From a virus (lineage: Duplodnaviria; Caudoviricetes), in the IMG/VR virus record IMGVR_UViG_3300020045_005851, positions 1 through 40,064 of that record: DNA of 40,064 bases; one strand, given 5' to 3'. The notes under the pieces were generated by a model. That model was not told where the DNA came from. It did no database searches and was given only the letters and a program-made list of their open reading frames with translations. The position numbers were made by a program, and so were the translations under genes. Shown here in pieces: positions 34,535-40,064 of the stretch. Within the stretch, counting starts at the first letter, position 1. Each line of letters begins with the position of its first letter.

Positions 34535-34677
34535 ATGATCGCTATCCAGGTTTAGATCATATCCATAAGGTTTACCTCCCTGTCCCTCCCAACTATTCTC
34601 CATCACCAAAGTGTATTGTTTGTGGCGAGCAGATTGGCCACATGGAAGCCGCTATTTTTATCGATAAACCGCTATGA
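34531..34677 (+). CDS. Micro protein (48 aa; HIH...CIVCGE)
   Basis: Hand translation; ATGA overlaps at both ends. Confidence 0.55.
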   Translation: MNDRYPGLDHIHKVYLPVPPNYSPSPKCIVCGEQIGHMEAAIFIDKPL

Positions 34678-35126
34678 AGCCTCCTACATTTTACGGTGAT
34701 GTTGAGAACGGTAAACTGAAGCTAAGGAGCGAAGATTTATTTCGCACTTACATAAGAGGTCTAAGCGGCCTCGTGTCTCTTTTAGTGCAACCCCGTAAAA
34801 AAGTGCGAAGCCTCAACCAGAATAATTTATACTGGGTATGGTTGACGGTGATCGGCGATGAAGTTGGATACTCAAAAGAAGAGGTTCATGATGTTTTTAA
34901 GCACAAATATTTAAAAGAGTATCGCCAGCTAGTAAACCAGAAAACGGGCGAGGCTGTGGACTGCGAATTCATCCGGTCAACTACGAGTTTAAACAAAAAA
35001 GAAATGTCAGAATACATGCAAAAGATTGATCGCGACGCCGCTGAGCTTGGCATCTTACTCCCAGATCCCGCCATGTGGGAAGATTATCGGACAGAATTTA
35101 CTAATAAAATAGAAGAAATATGCTAA
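34674..35126 (+). CDS. ninB: NinB/Orf-like recombination protein (150 aa)
   Basis: RSLNQNNLYW...STTSLNKKEMSEYMQKI...GILLPDP. Confidence 0.75.
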   Translation: MKPPTFYGDVENGKLKLRSEDLFRTYIRGLSGLVSLLVQPRKKVRSLNQNNLYWVWLTVIGDEVGYSKEEVHDVFKHKYLKEYRQLVNQKTGEAVDCEFIRSTTSLNKKEMSEYMQKIDRDAAELGILLPDPAMWEDYRTEFTNKIEEIC

Positions 35127-35455
35127 ACCCAACTGAAGAGGAAGAACAGAAAGTTTTAGTCCAGTGGTTAGAACTTAAAAAGTTGAAGTTTACTTCAGTG
35201 CCAAACTCAACCTGGACGCCCAGCATTCATCAAAAAGTTAAGAATAAAGCGATGGGGTTACGCGCTGGCTTTCCTGACATGATCGTACTCGTGCCTGATC
35301 AACTGCTCTGTATCGAGCTTAAAAGAAAAAAGGGCGGTAAAGTTGAATTGAGCCAGCAACAGTGGATCGAGGCGCTAAACAAAACCCCCTTTGTAAATGC
35401 GAAGGTTTGCTTTGGCGCAGATGAAGCCATAAAATTTGTAGAAAGTTTCCTTTAA
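35120..35455 (+). CDS. VRR-NUC nuclease (111 aa)
   Basis: TEEEEQ, GLRAGFPDMIV, CIELKRKKGGKVELSQQQWIEAL. Confidence 0.9.
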   Translation: MLNPTEEEEQKVLVQWLELKKLKFTSVPNSTWTPSIHQKVKNKAMGLRAGFPDMIVLVPDQLLCIELKRKKGGKVELSQQQWIEALNKTPFVNAKVCFGADEAIKFVESFL

Positions 35456-35464
35456 CCTCCCGTT

Positions 35465-35740
35465 ATGCAAAAACACACCGAAGTCTACATGGAAGGTATG
35501 GGATATTCTGTTGGCGATTGGATTCCGTGCGAATGGTGCGGCGCCACGGCCGTTGATATAAATCATATTTCTCCTAGGGGAATGGGGGGTTCAAAAGAGA
35601 AGGATTTCATTGAGAACCTCGTCGCCATGTGTAGACCGTGCCACTTAAAATTCGAAGCCAAGAAAATCTCAAAAGAGGAATTGAGTGAAAAACATCTCAA
35701 ATACTATCATAAAATTTGGATGTTGCCGGGAAATTATTAG
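35465..35740 (+). CDS. HNH nuclease-like protein (91 aa)
   Basis: CEWCGATAVDINHISPRGMGGS...IENLVAMCRPCH. Confidence 0.85.
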   Translation: MQKHTEVYMEGMGYSVGDWIPCEWCGATAVDINHISPRGMGGSKEKDFIENLVAMCRPCHLKFEAKKISKEELSEKHLKYYHKIWMLPGNY

Positions 35741-36067
35741 TCGCTTCCAAGGCTGGTTGGGAGGAATCAGCCTTGGAACTGGTTAATAACTCTTATATAA
35801 CGCGCGTTAATGATGAAAGCTCAACATTCATCGGAGGACAAAGTTTTCGCCATGGCTCACATGAGATGAAGATAGGTCCATTCAACATATTTACGCATCG
35901 TTACGGTCAAAGGTAAGCCATTTACCACCATTTGAGGACATCGGAGGCGAAGGCAAGCGCGAAAAGAGCCAAAAAGATAAATAGTGCCGCCTTAGCCGCC
36001 TCTATAAACATCTCAACAATAATGTCTGCTAATTCCTTTAGTTTCGTCGAAACTTAGGGTTATTTCC

Positions 36068-36283
36068 TTACCGGAATCTCAGCGACTCTCCAGACACCAC
36101 TCTCATGATCGACGCGGAGAGAAGCGCGAGCGTGCCCACGAGAAAAGCCTTCTCATCAATTACGCCTTCGATCCATGAAGAGAAAATAAGAATCTCCTGA
36201 GCTAGGAAAAGCCACAAAGATTTTGAGGTCCAGAAGGGCTTGCCGCATTTAACTGGGGGCAAATCTATGCGAGTAGCGACCAT
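36068..36283 (-). CDS. Holin-like protein (71 aa, two hydrophobic segments)
   Basis: KPFWTSKSLWL motif; directly after the endolysin. Confidence 0.7.
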   Translation of the reverse strand: MVATRIDLPPVKCGKPFWTSKSLWLFLAQEILIFSSWIEGVIDEKAFLVGTLALLSASIMRVVSGESLRFR

Positions 36284-36294
36284 GAAAAAGGGGG

Positions 36295-36891
36295 TTAAGA
36301 ATTTCTAGACCATTCCAAGACTTTTTCTGCTAATCTTTTTGACGCTACAGCAAACTCTCCCCAACTTACTGAAGCAGAGAAGTTTTTCTTGTGTCCAATA
36401 ATTTCGTGCTCAACCATCCACTCCATCGCCTCATCAGACCAGTGATCGGGCTTGTTGATCTTGTTCAGATAGTTTTCTGGGTCGACATTCCAGCCGACAA
36501 AACCTTGCAAGGAGCGATTCATAAATTCAAATCCCTTATCTGGTATCTTGGCTATGATCTCAAAGTGAACGTGTGGAGCCGTCGTAGCTGATCCGGAGTT
36601 TCCAGAGAGAGCCATAACTGACCCGGCCGGGATCTTATCGCCCGTTTTCACGTCAACCTTTGAAAGATGAGCGAAGACTAGAATATTGCCATCGGGGTCG
36701 CTTAAGTAGAGAACCAGACCCATCTCTGGTTGTTTAGCCACAAGCTCCACTGTTGTATCAACCTTAATGGTGATGGGAGTCCCGATTGGCATGATTACAT
36801 CGATCCCTGTATGTCCCTTTATCGGATCATAATAATCATTAGGCACATGACTTCTGAAGGGATTGGTGAGCGGAAAGCCAAAGTAATTCAT
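36295..36891 (-). CDS. Endolysin: M23 peptidase plus C-terminal SLH-like domain (198 aa)
   Basis: HTGID, FAHLS, SGNSG...PHVHFEI; C-terminal DHWSDEAMEWMVEHEIIG...VSWGEFAV. Confidence 0.85.
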   Translation of the reverse strand: MNYFGFPLTNPFRSHVPNDYYDPIKGHTGIDVIMPIGTPITIKVDTTVELVAKQPEMGLVLYLSDPDGNILVFAHLSKVDVKTGDKIPAGSVMALSGNSGSATTAPHVHFEIIAKIPDKGFEFMNRSLQGFVGWNVDPENYLNKINKPDHWSDEAMEWMVEHEIIGHKKNFSASVSWGEFAVASKRLAEKVLEWSRNS

Positions 36892-36907
36892 ACATTAGGG
36901 TTAAATA

Positions 36908-37165
36908 CTATTTGGCCAATTCGACTTGAATCTCCTGTAAAATTTTATTTATCTGATCAATGTCTTCCTGGATGTGGGTCAAGTGGTTCTCTTCAATCTC
37001 TTCTATGTTTGTAAAAATCTCTTCTTGGCGAATTTCAAGAATAAGCAACCGATCGGAAAGCCCTTGGTCTGAGTTCATAACATACATCGAAATTCCGAGA
37101 ACCATCGTGCAAACAGACACAACGACGTTGGGATGAAATAACAGTTTCGTGGCCTCCTTCTGCAT
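36908..37165 (-). CDS. Membrane-anchored coiled-coil protein in the lysis cassette (85 aa)
   Basis: One hydrophobic segment followed by an acidic coiled coil (ENHLTHIQEDI). Confidence 0.65.
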   Translation of the reverse strand: MQKEATKLLFHPNVVVSVCTMVLGISMYVMNSDQGLSDRLLILEIRQEEIFTNIEEIEENHLTHIQEDIDQINKILQEIQVELAK

Positions 37166-37193
37166 TTACTTTTGAGTTAAAAATTAGTAAAAT
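37165..37193 (+). promoter_or_regulatory. Antisense-oriented promoter TTTACT-17-TAAAAT
   Basis: -35 at 37165-37170, -10 at 37188-37193. Confidence 0.55.
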
Positions 37194-37217
37194 TTGTAGA
37201 AACTAAATTAAACTCCC

Positions 37218-37289
37218 GTGCAAACCATTGGCTACTTATTGATATTTCTTCTGCTTTCATTGGCGGCACTTTTACTTATAAAAGAGTGA
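37218..37289 (+). CDS. 23-aa single-helix membrane peptide (MQTIGYLLIFLLLSLAALLLIKE)
   Basis: GTG start; fills the gap and ends abutting the stop of the convergent ejection gene; has its own promoter. Confidence 0.55.
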   Translation: MQTIGYLLIFLLLSLAALLLIKE

Positions 37290-38897
37290 TCATTTACTTG
37301 TAAGGAATTGCTCCAGTGGCGGGCGATTATCTGGAGATTGCTGTACGGTTTGGCTAGCCTCAAGCTCATCATTTTTAGCCTTAAGCTGTTCGGTGATTTC
37401 TTGAATCAGAGTTTTAAACACCGGCGAACCTTTTGTAAGAAGAGTGCCCAGGACTGTCTTTACCGCAGTGGAGCCAACCACTTGCGGCGCCACTGCGCCG
37501 CCGATGATACCTAGTATTGTATTTATTATAATGGTCTGGACGTCCTTGCCGGTCATGACGCTTCCCAAAAAAGCAGAGGACCCCCCAAAACCGCCGCCGA
37601 GCTGTGATCTTAAAACTTGGCTTTGAACTTCTTTATTTCTCATAACATTTCGAATGAGTGCGTTCACAGAATACTTCGGATACAATTTCTGCGCGGCTTC
37701 TGGCAAAAGTTTCTTTAATTCTACTTGTAAACCCTTCTCCAGTGAATTAAATTGCTTCATATTTAAAACAGAAGCGCCTCCGCTTTGCAGGGGAGCATTG
37801 ATTATGCCTTTCCTAATTTCTTTAATTATTGCGACAAGATCATCCCCTGGAATGACGCTCCTTGGCTTGTATTCCCTTACAATTCTATAAATCTCTTTAA
37901 TGAGCTTCCTTTTATAGGGCGAATTTGGCAAGTCATCAAGCTGTTTAGTTAGAGCTTCCGCCACATCATCGAATTGGCTAGGTCGAATAGGCTTACTCGT
38001 CTTTGCCGCCCTAATTAAATCATCCCAAGTTGTTTTTGCTGTGTCGGCCGCCGCATCTCCGATCTGTTTGGCCGTTCCCACATAACCCAATTCCTGCGCA
38101 GTATCCCCGATCGTTTGTCCAGTCTGCTTATAATAATTGACAGACTCTTTCCCGCTTCCTTTAAACCCGCTCTTGTAAATTTTACTCCCGATGCCATAAA
38201 GAAGAAGGTCGAGAAAGCCATAGGCCGCAACCTCCTTCACAGAGGGTAATCTAGCATCTTTACCTTCAGCAGTCATCAATGCCGTACTTCCAGCACTCTT
38301 AGTTAGAAATTTTAAAGCTCCCGATGCGCTTTTCAACTTTCCGATTGATCCAATAGCCTGGTCGCCAAGGACAAGCCAAGGGATTTGAGCGGCGATATCG
38401 CCTGTGAATCCACCAACGGCAGTCCCTATTTTGCCACCAGCGCTCTCCCTGGCATTGGCATTTACAAGTGGGACAACTGATTCAATGTGTTCACCTACGC
38501 CCTGGCCGGCCTTTTTAAAAACTTCCCCAACCGTAGGCCCTTCAACCCCCATTTTCTTTGCAAGGAGGTTGACCGGATTAAACTTATCCATCACAGAAAT
38601 AATATTCCCAGTCCCTTTGAACAGATTAGACCCCGCTTGTGTTGAGCCAGTCATCACAAAATCCATGAGCTGTTGTTTTAAACTGGCGTTCACCTTATCC
38701 TTTGGCGCCGCGCCAATTGATTTACTCATGAAATTCTCAAGACCCGGCTTGCCAACCTCTGGGGCCTCTTTCATAGGTGCATCAATGAATTTACCGGTTA
38801 AATCCTCTTGGGTCCCGCTTAGAGAAGGCAAGCTAAGCATTTGCTTATCAGCCTCCATCTGGGATTGCTTCTGTTTTATCTGATCTAGGGTAAGCAT
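37290..38897 (-). CDS. DNA-ejection/internal virion protein (535 aa)
   Basis: G/A-rich amphipathic and hydrophobic segments; last gene before the lysis cassette, as for podovirus ejection proteins. Confidence 0.65.
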   Translation of the reverse strand: MLTLDQIKQKQSQMEADKQMLSLPSLSGTQEDLTGKFIDAPMKEAPEVGKPGLENFMSKSIGAAPKDKVNASLKQQLMDFVMTGSTQAGSNLFKGTGNIISVMDKFNPVNLLAKKMGVEGPTVGEVFKKAGQGVGEHIESVVPLVNANARESAGGKIGTAVGGFTGDIAAQIPWLVLGDQAIGSIGKLKSASGALKFLTKSAGSTALMTAEGKDARLPSVKEVAAYGFLDLLLYGIGSKIYKSGFKGSGKESVNYYKQTGQTIGDTAQELGYVGTAKQIGDAAADTAKTTWDDLIRAAKTSKPIRPSQFDDVAEALTKQLDDLPNSPYKRKLIKEIYRIVREYKPRSVIPGDDLVAIIKEIRKGIINAPLQSGGASVLNMKQFNSLEKGLQVELKKLLPEAAQKLYPKYSVNALIRNVMRNKEVQSQVLRSQLGGGFGGSSAFLGSVMTGKDVQTIIINTILGIIGGAVAPQVVGSTAVKTVLGTLLTKGSPVFKTLIQEITEQLKAKNDELEASQTVQQSPDNRPPLEQFLTSK

Positions 38898-38898
38898 A

Positions 38899-40064
38899 TC
38901 AGTAGCTATTAAGGAATGTATTTATCTCATCTAATGTATACCCGGCGTCGAGCGCCGCCTGAACATCAAAGCCCTTCGATTGAGCCAAACTTTCAACTGA
39001 AGATTGCGTTATTCCTCCTTCCTCTTCCCCAGAATCGAAATAGTCATCGGGGTTATACAAAATATCCAACGCCGCCGGGGTAAGAATATTATTAATGTCT
39101 AGCCCGTAAGTTTCAGCCTGAGCTTGTGTTCTTACTGCGGCATCGTATAAAGAAGCGGAATAACCCTCAAGTAAATCTCGCGATAATTGTACGAATGTTT
39201 TCAAATCGCCTATCGTGACTCCCGCGCCTCCCTGTGTCAGTTTATCATAAAGACCTTCGACCTGATTGGACAAACTTTGGCCGGTGCCGGATCGCGCATA
39301 CTCAGATTCTCTTACAACCGATGTTGGATCAAGAATCTTGTTAAACAGAGTAATAATAGCCTGAGAAGGAGCATTCAAACTTTCTCCAGATTCAACTGCG
39401 TCGAGCGCGGCTTGATAAGCGGTGTTGATGGTATTAACTTGCGTCTTTACCTTCACTGGCTCTTTTGCATAGGCATCAAACTTAGTGGCCATACTTATTT
39501 CAAGATTAGCCCGCTCTCCAGCATCGGTTATAATTGATCCTTTCCCAGTACCATAAGTTATGGCGTCTTGCTGGGATAATCCCTGTAATCTAGCCTGGAT
39601 GTATAAAGCCTGAGCCTCTCCACTCAGCCCCAACTGATCGGCCTCGATTTGTAGATCAATCATGGACGGCTGATTGTACTCCGAATAAGTACTGATGTTT
39701 TCATACATTTCCTTGTACGGCTCCTTCAATTCGCCGTTCGCAAAGCCAAAATTATCCCCATATTTCTTTTTAAGATCAAACAGGTTATACGTTCCAAGTG
39801 TGACCTTGCCATCATCGGTATTACCACTCTTATTAATGGCGCCATCGGCATTCGACTCAACCACTTGAATGTCGCCAGTGTTAGGATCGTAAGACAACAC
39901 AACCGCGACGTGGCCATAGCCCGATCCATCTGTTACCCCAAGAGGTAAAAGTAGTTTATCGCCAGCTGTTGGATCATCTTGGAATTCGATTTTTGATAAC
40001 TTTGAAGACCAACTATCCCCAACTTGTGGAGCAGTTGAAATGCTAGAGGCGAAAACTCCACACC
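38899..40064 (-). CDS. 3' part of the junction-spanning ejection protein (CHAP His and ESN motifs)
   Basis: GSGYGHVAVVLSYDPNTGDIQVVESN, then a helical domain with KILDPTSVVRESEY. Confidence 0.85.
   Translation of the reverse strand, partial: CGVFASSISTAPQVGDSWSSKLSKIEFQDDPTAGDKLLLPLGVTDGSGYGHVAVVLSYDPNTGDIQVVESNADGAINKSGNTDDGKVTLGTYNLFDLKKKYGDNFGFANGELKEPYKEMYENISTYSEYNQPSMIDLQIEADQLGLSGEAQALYIQARLQGLSQQDAITYGTGKGSIITDAGERANLEISMATKFDAYAKEPVKVKTQVNTINTAYQAALDAVESGESLNAPSQAIITLFNKILDPTSVVRESEYARSGTGQSLSNQVEGLYDKLTQGGAGVTIGDLKTFVQLSRDLLEGYSASLYDAAVRTQAQAETYGLDINNILTPAALDILYNPDDYFDSGEEEGGITQSSVESLAQSKGFDVQAALDAGYTLDEINTFLNSY
39944..40064. repeat. Terminal direct repeat, copy 2
   Basis: Identical to 1-121. 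Confidence 0.95.

Noticed and set aside
35716-36060. ORF 35716..35916 (+) and a hydrophobic minus-strand frame near 35922-36050
   Set aside because: This is a convergence zone with no clear start or leader; I could not decide which frame, if any, is real.
39944-40064. Physical terminal repeat of the virion DNA
   Set aside because: It falls mid-gene, and 121 bp is consistent with an assembler k-mer overlap, so it is better explained as circularisation.
1-40064. Alternative genetic code (TGA or TAG reassignment)
   Set aside because: Core genes are intact under code 11, and TAA, TAG and TGA all end genes at sensible coupled junctions.

Overview
The window is one apparently complete circular tailed-phage genome of about 39,943 bp. 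Bases 1-121 recur exactly at 39944-40064, and a 932-aa gene runs through the junction. The minus-strand late module has podovirus/P22-like order: TerS, TerL, portal, decoration/fibre proteins, scaffold, capsid, adaptor, tail nozzle, tail fibre, two DNA-ejection proteins (one with a CHAP amidase domain), then an M23-SLH endolysin and holin. The early region is lambdoid-like: DUF1376-type initiator, RecT, YqaJ, NinB-like, VRR-NUC, HNH nucleases, several HTH regulators and many micro-ORFs. It also carries an SF2 helicase-DNA methyltransferase fusion coupled to a dCTPase-like MazG gene. I saw no integrase, DNA polymerase, tape measure or sheath gene. Most genes lack Shine-Dalgarno sites and instead have a TAAC(C/T) motif 8-12 nt before ATG. 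With the SLH-bearing lysin, this hints at a Patescibacteria/CPR-type host (inference only). The most unusual signals are non-coding. Two sequence-unrelated but architecturally identical interleaved-stem RNA leaders abut the ATG of the initiator and HNH genes, and a larger third one precedes the head genes. There is also an island of tRNA-like structured RNAs, a promoter-driven antisense 23-aa membrane peptide, and an 11x 9-bp in-frame repeat in an XRE regulator. All functional calls come from motif recognition by eye; no searches were run.
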